Below, piece by piece: positions 50,601 through 63,570 of a stretch of DNA of 64,000 nt. The notes under the pieces were generated by a model. It made no database searches, was not told where the DNA came from, and was given only the letters and a program-made list of their open reading frames with translations. The position numbers and the translations under genes were made by a program. How positions within the stretch are numbered: position 1 is the first letter of the stretch; every line of letters begins with the position of its first letter. This stretch comes from Tubulanus polymorphus (lineage: Eukaryota; Animalia; Nemertea), in assembly GCF_964204645.1 (NCBI RefSeq), contig NC_134031.1:9734001-9798000 (forward strand), written 5' to 3'.

Positions 50601-52728
50601 ATAGTTTAAAATCATATTTTCGTACATTTACACCATTCATAGCATTATATTCTTCTATTTCTTGATTAATTGCGCCCAATTTCCTTGATAATTGTTTTAT
50701 AAATAGATGGGTATCATAACCTGATAAATTATGAAATAATATTGGTACGAAATTTACTTTTTTAGCTTGTAAATTACAATCTTCATGAGCAGCTCCACGA
50801 TATTTTGAATTTAAATGATCGTGATCTCTAACTTTTTTATCAAATGAATAAAAACGTTTTTCACAATAACAACAATGAGTTGCATTATTAAAATCAATTT
50901 CATCTTCTTTTGTCATAACTATTCTTTTATTTTTGTTTAATAATTTTGCAAAATCACTTTCTAATTCAATCATTTTATCACAAAAATCATTAACTACATT
51001 TTCACCTCTAAAAGAAATATATTGACTTTCATATAATTCGGGATAATTTGATTTGATGTAAATTCCATAAGCAGCAGCTCTTTGATGAACTTTTTTAATT
51101 GTATTTATAATTAGTGGGTCTTGTATTGTGTCTTCATTTAATTCATTTCCTTTATCCATTGATTTTAATAATTGCTTTTTGTTATATATTTCTTTTCTAT
51201 CTTGATCAGTTAATTCTTTATTCAACGATTCAAAATCCCCATAAATTACAAATGGAACAATATTCTTAAATTTATGATTAGTAAATTTCAATTTATAATC
51301 TTTTTCTGTTGGCATTATTAATTTACAAAAATCTTTATTATCACATAATTTTTTATGTTTTAATAATGTATTCTCAGTCATAAATTTAGATAAACATTTT
51401 CTACATAGATAAATTTTACAATGATCACTTTCTGTTCTAAAGAATAAATCAATTTGTTTTGACCACATATAATGTTCATTTTCATCTTTTTTTGTAATAT
51501 AACAAATCTATAGCATTTTCATCATCATAATATTCTGTTAAATATAAAGCTTCTAATGTATAATCTTTAATATTTTCACCTTTTGTCTTTGGTAATTGCA
51601 TTAATTCGAATACATTTATTTTTAGATTATTAACTTTTTCTATTTTAGGAATCATTTTTATAGTTACTGGATATTGATCAATTTTATATAATGTTTCATA
51701 TTTCCGGTAATTTGTTATTCTAAAACTATGCGTCATATCTTCTGTTGGGTGTAAACAACTAATAATTGACCATAGAAAACATTTATTATCTTCATTTTGA
51801 ACATTCATTACTGCTTTTGTTGTAAATGGTAATATAATATAAGATGATGCTTTAATATCCTTTTCTGTTGTAAAGTTTGAATCATTTTTAAACATTTTAT
51901 TACTTTTTGATGTTTTATTTCTTTTTGTATTATAAACATTTAAATCTAAATATATAATTTCATTCAATGTTAAGCCAGAACCCTCAAAATATCTTTCTTC
52001 AATATGACGTTTAAATTCATTAAATATTTTTTCTAACTTCTCTTTTATTTGTGTTTTTGAAATTATTTCTTCAGAGTGTGTTTGAATATTATAATTCATT
52101 TTTTCTTCTGACTTTATAAAACTTACTTTCCCAGAGATACTAATTTTTGGATATTCAACATCTGTTATCAAATCTAGTATTTTTTCTATTATTTCTTTAA
52201 ATTTACTATAATCTTCTATTGTTGTTCCTTTAAGGAATCTAAATATAATAGCTGCAGGACCAATTTTACTACGTAATGTTTCTAATATTTCAATTGTATC
52301 TTTTATTTCTAGTGAATCAATATAATTTCTAACATTTTCCATGCAAGGTTTATTTGAAATGGATTTAGTTTTTGAAGTTGGTTTTAGTTTACTTTTTGAG
52401 GTTTATCATCAAAATAATCTTCTCCTAAAACATTATTACTCAAATTTTGATGGTGTTTTTGTGATTCGAGATGTCTATTATAATTCCTTTTTACTATAAA
52501 TTCATTACAAACTTCACATTTTATTTCATCCACATTCATATTTTCTAATCGTTCTTTTCTTTCATTGGAATTTTCTGGGGTTTCAAAATCTATAACATTT
52601 TTTATATGATTTGAAGATTTTTCATGTTTAGATTTATTAGATTTATCGATGTATTTTTTACAATATTGGCAATAATATTGATTTTTATTAACATTATTGT
52701 TTTCTGTCTGGTACTCACTCTCTCCCAT
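47650..52728 (-). pseudogene. Protein-primed family B DNA polymerase (pPolB) with ZnFs, EndoVII-like domain and intein; several frameshifts
   Basis: ExoI YGDFES, CCYC..RDHDH..RGAAH..CN, ExoII FHNLSGYD, ExoIII YLKSDV, A YIDANNLYG, B KLMNNSFYGK, C YFD|TDA, KMYSY, PFDDKR. Confidence 0.96.
48115..49196 (-). other. Intein with LAGLIDADG homing endonuclease (352 aa after removing a 26-nt insert)
   Basis: Block A SVTADTPIL, B VTEDHSL, C FFMGDGS, E FFIGFYAADGS, F YVYDLSTEDGTF, G LIAKN followed by T. Confidence 0.95.
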
Positions 52729-52812
52729 TTATAAGGAAAAAAAATACTTGTGGTGATGAGTGGTGTTTAGTACTCTAGTACTCTGGTATGAAACCCACAT
52801 CTTCCAATTACT
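52720..52812 (-). repeat. Right TIR (includes pPolB ATG)
   Basis: Reverse complement of 26069-26162; followed by GAAATC. Confidence 0.95.
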
Positions 52813-53062
52813 GAAATCTATCCGGTAAATATGTTCTGAATTTATATTCATTTCCTTTTAATCGTTCATATTCTAAGTGGATAACTAATTTACTACCATA
52901 TTTGTTAGTAACTGTAACAATATTTGTAATTAGATATTTCTTATGGATTGTTAATTCTTTTAACTTCTTAAACTTATAATCTACTGATTTGATATTTGAA
53001 GTATCTTTTATTCTATCTAGAAATGATTTGTTTTTCCCACTATGTGCTTGTTTACTCTCCAT
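52813..53062 (-). pseudogene. 5' part of the split 117-aa ORF of the outer Polinton
   Basis: Joins 25959-26062 in frame. Confidence 0.88.
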
Positions 53063-53091
53063 TAATAATACATATTTTTATTAAAATTTTA

Positions 53092-53576
53092 TTAACACGC
53101 TAGAATCCTTTTCATAATCTCATTTTCTTTTGTTTCTTCTCTTTTAAATCTTAAGTATTCATCTAAATTACAACCATATGCAACTGTATGAATTCCATCA
53201 TCTAAAATATATCTTTTATCATCAAATGGGTTTAGACTTATCTTTTCTATCTCTTCAATAAACATTTCATGATCTTCAGATCTTAAACATCTCATCTTGT
53301 GTTTTCTAACTTCTTCATTGAATATACAATTGATGTAATCTTTGAAATGAATATTCTTTTCAACAACGCTTTTGGTAATTCCTTTTAACTTTTTAGCTTC
53401 GTGTTCTTCAGTTTTATAACTTTACATTTTAGATCTAATACAAATTCTATCATTTCTTCACCACCTAATTCATCCTTAAACTTCCCAGGAACTTTATTAT
53501 TATCATTGCTAAACAATTCATGATCTTTAGGATAATTACTGAAATCAAAATGATGTTTTAAATCATCTGTTAACAC
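53092..53576 (-). pseudogene. pPolB C-terminus of the outer Polinton (5' truncated)
   Basis: HFDFSNYP..PGKFKDELGG, SLNPFDDKRYIL. Confidence 0.9.
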
Positions 53577-53724
53577 ATTATTATTCGAAAATGGAATTAT
53601 TAAATTCGTGGAATCAGTTGTAAAGCTGAAAAAAGAAATACGGTTATGATTGGGCCAGGATTAAGACAAAGCAATAAGTAACCTGGCAGACTAGGTTGAG
53701 GCAAATGTATGATTCATCAGTGAA

Positions 53725-53888
53725 ACACTGACCGAGGCTACAATATTGTAACCTAGGTCGGTTGACTTGCGCGGATTTATCTGCATACACTGACCGAGGC
53801 TACAATATTGTAACCTAGGTCGGTTGACTTGTGCGGATTTATCTGCATACACTGACCGAGGCTACAATATTGTAACCTAGGTCGGTTT
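53725..53888. repeat. 62-bp tandem repeat, ~2.6 copies
   Basis: ACACTGACCGAGGCTACAATATTGTAACCTAGGTCGGTT units with internal palindrome. Confidence 0.9.
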
Positions 53889-54207
53889 ACTGCATTATAT
53901 TTGCAGTATTCACTAATCCAAGATTAAGATCAGTCAGTTAACTTAATCAGTTTTTGAAGTTATTGCTGGTCCGATATCAGTCGGTTGATTTGTAGTTTTG
54001 ACTAACGAGGAATCCAAAAGTGTTTCAGTCAAACGTCTCCTATCATTGATGAATGACTTGAACAGTTAGGAATGTACATCGTTCACATTCCAAATTAACG
54101 GTTTAAAAAAAGTTTAAGTGAAAGCCTTTTACTTATATTGCGCAATTGCCATGATTGATACGAAAACGTTTCTAGAATCGGATGACAATTTATATAGAAT
54201 TGGAGTC

Positions 54208-56810
54208 AGATGTGCATTGTTTTGGGGGTGTTCGAACTTCGCTGAATCACTGAATCGTTGATTATTATATTAATTTCGCTGATTTGAATTTACGCTGAAT
54301 CCATGCACATTTTACATATTCTAAAGAAAATGTTTCATTTGACCGATTCATTGATAAATTTCGTTACATATATTCTATAAAAATTCAGTTCGATTACGGT
54401 AACGAATTTATTTTGCGGAGAGCGGTAACGGCTTACGTCATCGGTACTTCGATGTAGTCTTACGGCTTTAATAGGGATTCGCCCTGGGGACCCGAGTTTC
54501 AGATATGACAGAAAAATATATAAAAAATCGTGACGATTGTAAGTTGAGGCAACGATTGAAATGAAATCATTTGACTGCTGGATGTAATCACAAATAACAA
54601 ATAAACTGACGCCGAAATAGTCTACCTTTCAATTCAGTTGGTTTTCCATAGAAGCTGTTTAAAGGAGTCTACTGCTGAAAAGTGACTGTTGTAAAACATC
54701 TGATGTGCTAGTGTTCTAGCATTTTGATAGTGCACACTGGCATTAGATGTGACTGTAACCAACCGATTGTAAACAGCGACTTAGTGATAGTAACTCCTAC
54801 CACAATAGCTACTCTCAAAACACATCGTTTCTAAAAGTCAACTAGTGAAAAATGACCATTTTGAGATGGCACGGTAATTTCCTGTTCAAAATAGCCACAT
54901 CTGTTAAAGATTTGCAGTGATACGTGACAGGGTCAACGGTACTGTTAAACCCCATATGCTTTGTATACAGAACTCTGTATGCTTTGAATACAGTTTTGTC
55001 AATAGAAATCCTAGTTTCTGAGTTGCTAAGAACCCCCTAAATTATATCACGCTCAACAAAATGGGAATAACCAATAGGAAAACTATTGATTTATATAACA
55101 TCATTATGGATTAAATCCGTTAAAACAAGTATTGTGCTAAATCTAATTTGGAATTTTATGATTTTTGTTTTATATTTGCGATTATAAAACATGCTGGTGC
55201 ATTCATACTGTCATAAATCTTTGATTCTGTAGAAATGAATTTGTCTTCAAGGATATAAGGAGACGAAAATAAAAAATAAAATCATATGTTCATGAAATGG
55301 ATTATGTCTTTAGATCTCTTTACTTGGATGAAAGACTACAAAAAATTTTCCCAAACAATGTATCTAAAATACTAAGAATTAACCTACAATTATTGTTTAT
55401 TTCGATACAATCAATTTTTAAGTAATCCATGTGGTGTTCACTTTGTCACGCTGTTCTCTGCTTGTTCGTTTATGAATATTGAACCCTTTTATCGTTTGTT
55501 AGAATTGATATACCTTAACCGAAATTTCATTTCATAGTTATACAGTTGGTTGAAATGATATTACAACTTCTAATATAAGATCAAAATAATAGTGCATTAT
55601 ATTATAATCTAATACCCATTACTTACTGAGCGTATGCTAGTGAGAATAAGCCTAACAATTATCATTATTGATTGAATAAATACTGAAATAAATTCAGTTG
55701 AGATGTTCTCGAGGTTTTGAAATCAGTTATTCCAATTTGATGAAAAAAACCTCTTCTGGTCTAAGTAAAAGAATGCAAGGCTGAAATTTCAGTTTCACAT
55801 GCTTTCCTACTTTGTTGAGTAAATTGTTTGTATAGGTTATCAAAAGCCCAGCAGCAGCTATCAGTCAACAGGTGAATTACACTGGCTAACTAGACAGTGA
55901 TTGATGAACGAATAAACAAACCACCAATGACCACCAAAAATAATGACCTCTTAATAGTATTTAACTTAGCACCTCAAAACTCTATTTGAAGATGCCAATG
56001 AAATAAAATGCCAATGAATCGCTGAATTTTAAGGTGCTTTATCAGTTTTTTTCCAATATAACTCATTTTCTCAAATTATCGTAAAATAAAAACTACTTTT
56101 ATATCAGTGGCACCATATTCTACGACAGAAGTGCATTCATAGTAAGAGTAATGTTACCAATACGTTGAATTGGAAGTGAATGCAGGCTAGGACCAACAAA
56201 GGTGCCGATTTAAGATGCCTATATACAGAGAATCTCTTCCGTAGCGACTGACACGGTTGCATATACCTTCCACGGCGACATGTAAATAATTTTCTATCTA
56301 AACGACTACATTACCCGAAGTAGTCAAATAGAACACTAATCCGATAAATGAAGAAATACCGCAATAAAATTTTATACGATGACATTTAATTATCAAAATT
56401 AAACCACAACAACGTTCGGATTTGCAGTGACTGCCATCTGACTTAAAGCTCAAATCACTGGAATGTCTACATTCCACCTGATGATGGCCGTTAGTCAACA
56501 GTCAAAACGTTGCGGTTTCATCTCAACACATGTTATCATATTAAGAGTTCTATTACGGTATTTCTTCATTCATGACCCCACGGTGAAGATCACCTAAGGC
56601 CGTTACCGTTATCCAAATGAAATCTTGAACACTATACGAAATTTCTTATTTCTATTAAATTCGGCCTCAGTTCGGAAGATTTCTTTAGAATGCATTGATA
56701 GATCCACATAAATCCATTATAGATACAGCATATTTAATTTTTTTAAATCAACGATTCAGCGAAATTAATATAAAATCATGGGAGGTTCGAACACTCAAAA
56801 ATGCACATCT
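54208..56810. mobile_element. Possible old non-autonomous element with long imperfect inverted ends
   Basis: AGATGTGCATT/AATGCACATCT, GTGTTCGAAC/GTTCGAACAC, TATATTAATTTCGCTGA/TCAGCGAAATTAATATA, CGGTAACGGC/GCCGTTACCG; no TSD seen. Confidence 0.5.
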
Positions 56811-56895
56811 TAATTTATGATGCAAAGACATCCAGACCCCCGTTGAAAATAAACCACCATTTCAATAATGAGAGGTTAGCCTGAATTTATGATTA

Positions 56896-57453
56896 TATTG
56901 GGGTGATAAATTAGTAGTTTGCATAGAGGGAGGGAAGCCAGAGTTCAGGGCAGTGGCTGAAGTTAGTAAACAACCTACGTAGCTGCTTACGTCGCCCATA
57001 AGACACTGAATAGAAGATAGGTGAAAGTGACGTGAGTATCTGCGTAGGGTTGCTGGTTATAGCGGCAGCCTTGAGCTCTGGTATGGCTAGGAAGTAAACA
57101 AGTAATAAACTCGTGACGTATAACATATGTAGAAGTATACGCCACGAGTAACATGAAATAATATAAAAAGGGAGGGTCAGCACAGTAAGGGGAAGAGAGA
57201 TGCTAGAGTGGCGGGGAAGCCTAAAAATACGAGCTGTAGGAAGGAATAAGAATTGTGCGGGAAAATAAAGAAAGAACGTAGACCCACGAGAAGAGTTGTT
57301 ATTATTCCGGAGTCAGAGGGATATCACTTATCGGATTAATCGGAACCAACAACGACAACACGAGGGGAGAACGCAACGTGGCCCCCACAACAATTGGTTG
57401 AGAAACTCAACCCCACAACATTGTTGGAGAACCGGAAGCAACCCCACAACAAT
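56896..57453 (+). repeat. ~560-bp repeat, inverted copy 1
   Basis: Near-identical reverse complement of 61621-62209; ~30-bp CCCCACAAC subrepeats. Confidence 0.92.
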
Positions 57454-58994
57454 TACGCTTCTAATTTAGAAATTAAAATGCAGACATGCTTGAAAATAGC
57501 TGCATTTGTTAATATCGAATTCTTCATTAAACTAATATCGCCATAAAAAGAAGGAAATTTCGATTCATCGTAAAACTCCATAACCAATGACAATTAACTA
57601 ATTTACACCAATCTCGATTTTTATTGGTTAGACTATCTTCAGAGCTTAACTGAGTCACTCAAAATACAACTATACCCCAAACTATAGCGTGAGAATAGAA
57701 TTTTCCACTAGTTTCTCAGTGTGTTCATGTTGTCACGTATCGCCGCAAATCTTAAGTAGCTACTAAGTAAAAGTAGACGTTTAGGCTCAAATGTGCGATA
57801 GACATGTTCTTGGATTCAGAGAACAATACATAGACATGGGGCCAGGCCCTCATCCACTTTTCTAACATAATTTTTTTCATCGCCTGCTGTTAAAGGATAC
57901 CAGTGTAAAACCGTTATTGTCGTATTTCTGCATAGCGTTACATTCTGAAATTCTTCATCAGTTCGTGGGCTTAGATAGATTTTAACCTTCATTTTATACA
58001 TTAGATATTCTTAGCCTCCTTGAATCTATTGTAATCGTTATTATCCTTTTTACATAAAACATGCCTGAAATTGTGAGCATATACCATTCCTAATTTCAAC
58101 TAAGAAAGTGCTCAGAAAGCACCTAAACGCATCTCATTCTTCAAAGACCACACCCCTTTTGTGCCTTACCCACCTGTGGCCCTTCTCCAAAAGCTAGATT
58201 CTCGAACATTTATCTAAATTACTCAATGGCATTTATTTCAAGTCTGCCCCCCCCCCCCCGCGATCATGCCATTCTCCAAAAGCATCTTCTTTTCAGTTTG
58301 GATTCGCTTGCCAGATTCCCTAAATAGCGACATGTGCTTCAGATTTGCAGTGATACGTGACAATATAAACAGCGTATAAACAGTAGTGCAAAACTGTATG
58401 CAAACGCTATATAGTTTTCAGGGCAGTTAAAATCTAAAGATTCTGAATATGCTCTTTGAGGATGTGAAGTATATGAGCGATAAAACTCTAACTGATAACC
58501 ATCGAGCTAAATCTGTTTGTATAATGTGATAAGTTTTGAAGTTTTAAGATTAATCGAAATTGCCTTTACTTCATGGCAATAATTTAATGAAAATTCAATT
58601 GGAAGAAATGCAGCTTTTTCAAGTATAGGTCAACATTATTTTTGATTATTTTTGCCATTAAAATGGTTTATATTCTGAAAAATCTCCCAGTAAATACCCC
58701 CCCCCCCCCCCCCGGTAAAAATCTCCTCTAGGCAAATGTCAATGGCAATTTTGAAAAGCTTAAATCGTTTCAAAAATTTCAAATCTTCCGTGTTGTTTTT
58801 CCCAACATTCATCTTGAATAATCTGTGACTTTTACTAAGCTGCGTACATATAAGATGACATAATTCGTGACTTTTAGCAAGCAACATGCATAAAAATGAT
58901 GATATTATCAGACGTAAGATGAAAACCCACTCTTTAAAAATTAAAAGAAATCTAAAATCGAGAATTATTTATTGAAACAATCTAAAATTTAAGA

Positions 58995-59037
58995 ACGCGA
59001 CGTTTCGATCTCACACTAGAGATCATCGTCAGGTGTG
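58995..59037 (-). ncRNA. Minimal type I hammerhead ribozyme (Penelope-associated type)
   Basis: Minus strand CAC-CTGACGA-t-GATCTC(tagtgt)GAGATC-GAAAC-GTC. Confidence 0.7.
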
Positions 59038-59099
59038 AGATATTGACTAAAAACAGGGGTATATATAATTTTTAAGGATATATAAATATTTAAGGAATT

Positions 59100-60290
59100 T
59101 TGAATGTTGTAATAAAGTCCAATTTAGGGCCATGCGAAGTTTTTTAGGAACCGGGAAACACTCCTCCCTTGCCAGTATTGAAGGTGATATGGGGTGGACT
59201 TCTGTTTCTATCAGACACAAAATCGAAGTTTTACGTATGTGGTTTCGCTTATGTGGGATGCCTGATGATAGGCTTACTAAACGTTTATTTCTGTATAACA
59301 CCGTAGATATTTAACTAAATTTAGTCTAAATTAACAGCGCATTTTAGGTCTAGTTATGAATTCTATTTCTTATTTTACAAATATTGTCTTATTTTCATTG
59401 ATGTTACTTAGGGGGCAGGATGTTAGTCAGTTTTGGACTGTCAGACTGTTTGTTTGTTTTAGAAATGTACTTGAAGTGTCAGTCAGTTTGTATTGTTTTG
59501 ATAACTGCCTTCTGGTCTCTGCCACCCTTGGTGTCTTATGTAATAGTATCCTGGTTGAAAATTTGTTGAAAGAAATCAGAGATTCGAGTTGGAGCTTTTG
59601 AGCGGGTTGGATGTCCAGCCTCGTCTCTTCGATATATCGAAGAAAATAAAGTGAAATTTACGGTTTGAAGTTTTAAGAACGTTTTCTCGTCGTTGCTTCC
59701 TGATCGTCGACTTGTTAATTGGTGTAGTTTTGCGAAAAATGTCTTCGCCGAATGTCATATGGACTATTTTCATTGTAATATTAATTTATGTAGCTTAACC
59801 CCGTATCAAGTAAAAACTGTTTCTAATGATGCTAAGAAATCCTTGTGTAGAAATCATGCCTCTATATGGTCTATGGAGGTAGCCTCTCTACCCAAATTAA
59901 GAACATACAGGTTATTCAAACGTACATTTGGCACTGAAAAGTACGTTAAGAGAAACGTATCAAGGAAAAATAGATCAACTATTGCAAGACTGAGAAACGG
60001 ATCTTATCCGATAAACATAGAGCTAGGAAGATATAGGAACCTACCAGCGGAAGAGAGACTATGCCCTTCTTGTCCTGAGCGAGTAGTCGAGACAGAAATT
60101 CACTTTCTGTGTGAATGTCTAGCATATGGTGATTACCGTATTACATTGTTCGATTAAATCAAGATATTGATATGGATATTTTATCCACTACAAACCAATT
60201 GTCCTTGATTCTAGCGAATGATCACATTAATAATCACGTCTGTAAGTTTGTAAATGAGGCGTCCATTCTGCGTAATGCACCGCCATAATG
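59100..60290 (+). pseudogene. 3' end of non-LTR retrotransposon ORF2, interrupted at ~59300-59690
   Basis: GDMGW..RLTKRLF; KLRTYRLFK..IELGRY..RLCPSC..ETEIHFLCEC (CCHC). Confidence 0.8.
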
Positions 60291-60369
60291 CATTTAACCA
60301 ACAGAACTTTTTGTCTTGTAAGCCTATATAGGCTGGCTTTTATTTATGTATAAAAGATAACAACAAACT

Positions 60370-60567
60370 AACACACACGCACGCACGCACAAACACGCAC
60401 AAACACGCACAAACACAAACACACAAACACACACAAACACAAACACACACAAACACACACACACAAACACACACACACAAACACACACACACACAAACAC
60501 ACACACACAAACACACACAAACACACACACACAAACACACACAAACACACACACACACACACACACT
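60370..60567. repeat. (CA)n microsatellite
   Basis: Imperfect dinucleotide run. Confidence 0.95.
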
Positions 60568-61060
60568 CAAATGTGAATTTCAAAGATGGATGTTGAGAGT
60601 TGATGAAGTCAATAAAAGAGTTAAGATCAAAATCATCAGAAACTAAGCACAGAATGTCATGAACACATCTAATCCAAAAGTTAGGTTTAGAGCCAGCGTA
60701 ATTGGGAAGAATTTCGGATTCGAAATGTTCGAGGAAAAGATTAGCCAAAATGGGGGATTATGGGTTTCCCATAGCGTAACCGAAAATTTTTTCATAGAAT
60801 TTGTCTTGGAATTGGAAGTGTAGATTTTGTACAGCGCTCCAAAAGTTCAAGTAAGCAATCTACAGGAATCGGGAAAACAAGATTGGAGTCCGGGAGTTTT
60901 CTTCTTAATAAATTGAGAGTTGGTTCCAATGGTATATTTGTAAACAAGGATATAGCGTCGAAAGATATAAATTGTTGGCCATCAGGTTTGAGATTTTTGA
61001 GTTTGTCTAAAAGATCCATATGGTGCCGAATGTGAGAATCAGAAAAAGTACCCAGGGCCG
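60568..61060 (-). pseudogene. Penelope-like reverse transcriptase fragment
   Basis: ISFDAISLFTNIP, GYAMGNP, LANLFLEHFE, WIRCVHDIL (decayed RYVDD), HPSLKFTFE. Confidence 0.8.
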
Positions 61061-61620
61061 GGGAGTACTTAAGCCAGATATTTGGACGTAGTTTTTATTC
61101 TGAAGAAATCTTGTTTAAAAGTATTAGTTAAATATTTATGTACCCTGTGTTAAAAGTATCAGATGGAGAGGCCCGTGTACTTCTTCACAAAAATACCATT
61201 TTGACCTTTCAAGGAGATCGGTGTGCAGCAAAGATATACGCGTTACCTCCGCTATGAGATTTTCAGGCAGGTGGGGAATTCGGGTCACCCGGGTCACTCA
61301 TGAACACTGTACTATAACGTCCAGACATCCATCTAAACGAGGTACCAGGTTTATAGTATCCAGGCAGCAGGCGAATCATTTGGGTCACCTGCAATGTACT
61401 ATAACCATTAGCACTGCTATGCTTTAACCGACCAACAGCTGATAGGGTTCATCAGAGCATCCAAACTTTAATCTCCAGAAATCTATCTACTGTTTTATAA
61501 GCAGTGGATGCCATGTGTCCCTCTAATCGCCTTCATCAACGCAAACATTAAAAAAATGTGACGATTTTAACTGCTAAATCTGCCAGCGATCACTCGATAC
61601 CGTTACTTTTCATAGTTGAT

Positions 61621-62209
61621 ATTGTTGTGGAGTTGCTTTCGGTTCTCCAACAATGTCGTGGGGTCGCTTTCGGTTCTCCAACAATGTTGTGGGGTTGAGT
61701 TTCTCAACCAATTGTTGTGGGGGCCACGTTGCGTTCTCCCCTCGTGTTGTCGTTGTTGGTTCCGATTAATCCGATAAGTGATATCCCTCTGACTCCGGAA
61801 TAATAACAACTCTTCTCGTGGGTCTACGTTCTTTCTTTATTTTCCCGCACAATTCTTATTCCTTCCTACAGCTCGTATTTTTAGGCTTCTCCGCCACTCT
61901 AGCATCTCTCTCCCCCTTACTGTGCTGACCCTCCCTTTTTATCTTATTTCATGTTACTCGTGACGTATACTTCTACATATGTTATACGTCACGAGTTTAT
62001 TACTTGTTTACTTCCTAGCCATACCAGAGCTCAAGGCTGCCGCTATAACCAGCAACCCTACGCAGATACTCGCGTCACTTTCACCTATCTTCTATTCAGT
62101 GTCTTATGTGCGACGTAAGCATCTACGTAGGTTGTTTACTAACTTCAGCCACTGCCCTGAACTCTGGCTTCCCTCCCTCTATGCAAACTACTAATTTATC
62201 ACCCCAATA
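61621..62209 (-). repeat. ~590-bp repeat, inverted copy 2
   Basis: Matches 56896-57453 with one extra 31-bp subrepeat. Confidence 0.92.
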
Positions 62210-63279
62210 CTATCCTCCTCCCCAGACGATTGGTCCCCAATCGCCAAAAATTCACAAGACCCTATTGTAGTTTCCCAAAAAAAATCTTTTCAAAAGTGTA
62301 CAGGCTTCAGAACATCATTTATAAGCAACATCTCTTACAACTTTAAGCCAGCCGCAGGGTAATGAAAATTACATAAAACCTTCAGAACATCAAGACTAAT
62401 GATACACAACCACCATTCCGTACATCAATTTACAACACCTGTAAAGTAGCCATAAATCACAATTTCTGACCCTTTCCCCTATTATCCCATCCCGCATAAC
62501 TTCTACCTAAACTAAGCAACACACCCCACTCATCATCAGTTCATCTTATTCATCAACGAGACCTACATGGACCCCATAGAATTTTACGGTAAGCCAAAAA
62601 AATTTCTAAATACTTATAAACTTAACACACGAACTTTATCTAAGTGAAAGCAATCATCTACAAATATCAAATATGAGACTCTTTTCATCAGTAATATATA
62701 ACAATTATGAGGCATGTACATCTGTATATTGACCTTACATTTAATGAGAACAAGCCTATACAATTGTAGTCATGCAAAAAAACATATCAAACACAACTTC
62801 CCAAATAGCTTTCATAGACAATCACCCATTTCTCTATATCCACATTCATGTAGTCTAATAATTTAACAATATATGACCAACCACTTCAACTTTCTGACTC
62901 TTCTCGTTCTCGTTGTCTTTACCAAAAAAAAAAATAATCAGTGTGTGCAGCCTAATTTGTCTTTAAAATTACCATTGCAAACACGTCAATTTCCCACTGT
63001 CCAAACTATCAGCCGTTACCTTAACCGACATCAGATGATTTGTCAAACCTGTCCCGACCCCAATCAACGACGTAAATTAATACAGATGCCAGATACATCA
63101 TTTAGTTGATTATCGTGTGCCCAGCACATGTTGGCAACAGACAGCTTCAACAATTAATGAATAATTTCATAATAATTCTAAGTGCATTTTATAAAGATGA
63201 GCCGAAATTTATGCAAAAATGGATATACTGATCAGATACATCCGAATCGCCGAGATGTCAGCTGCTAGTCCCCACCCAT

Positions 63280-63570
63280 TGCCTCAGAAAGCAAAAGTTA
63301 GGGAAAATTCCTCTGGACACTACTCATTCAGTGCCATTCAAACAGCCGATTCTCAAAAATTAACTTTCACTCCTGGGCCTATGGTCTTCCAAACCACCCA
63401 CATCTGATATTCGAATTGTTCTAATTCCTTCCCGCAAATCAGGGGATATAACCCCACATGTAAAACGGCCGACGCATCATCCTGTATATAAACCGGTCAA
63501 GACGGACTGAAAGTTCGGGAAAAAAAACATAGCGCTCACACATCCCTGCAATCTACGACCATTCAGTTAA
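63280..63570 (+). pseudogene. Possible highly decayed Penelope-like C-terminal/GIY-YIG remnant
   Basis: Frameshifted traces of G-IY..C..Y.GQ..LK.R.K.H; weak. Confidence 0.3.

Larger units (their letters stand above)
26069..52812 (-). mobile_element. Structurally complete Maverick/Polinton (~16.7 kb without the Gypsy insert)
   Basis: AGT-starting TIRs, TSD GAAATC at 26063-26068 and 52813-52818, pPolB, integrase, ATPase and capsid genes. Confidence 0.96.

Noticed and set aside
53092-53580. Intein-free pPolB allele
   Set aside because: The fragment starts downstream of motif C, so intein status cannot be read.
53725-53888. CRISPR-like array (also 2678-2870)
   Set aside because: Units repeat in full with no unique spacers; eukaryotic context and no cas genes.
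56475-56515. Second hammerhead (CTGATGA...AAAACGTT)
   Set aside because: GAAA core is mutated and stem II mismatched; at best a dead relic.
60324-60570. CV-rich ORFs, and the TH/YI run in ORF 8867-9211
   Set aside because: Translations of microsatellites.
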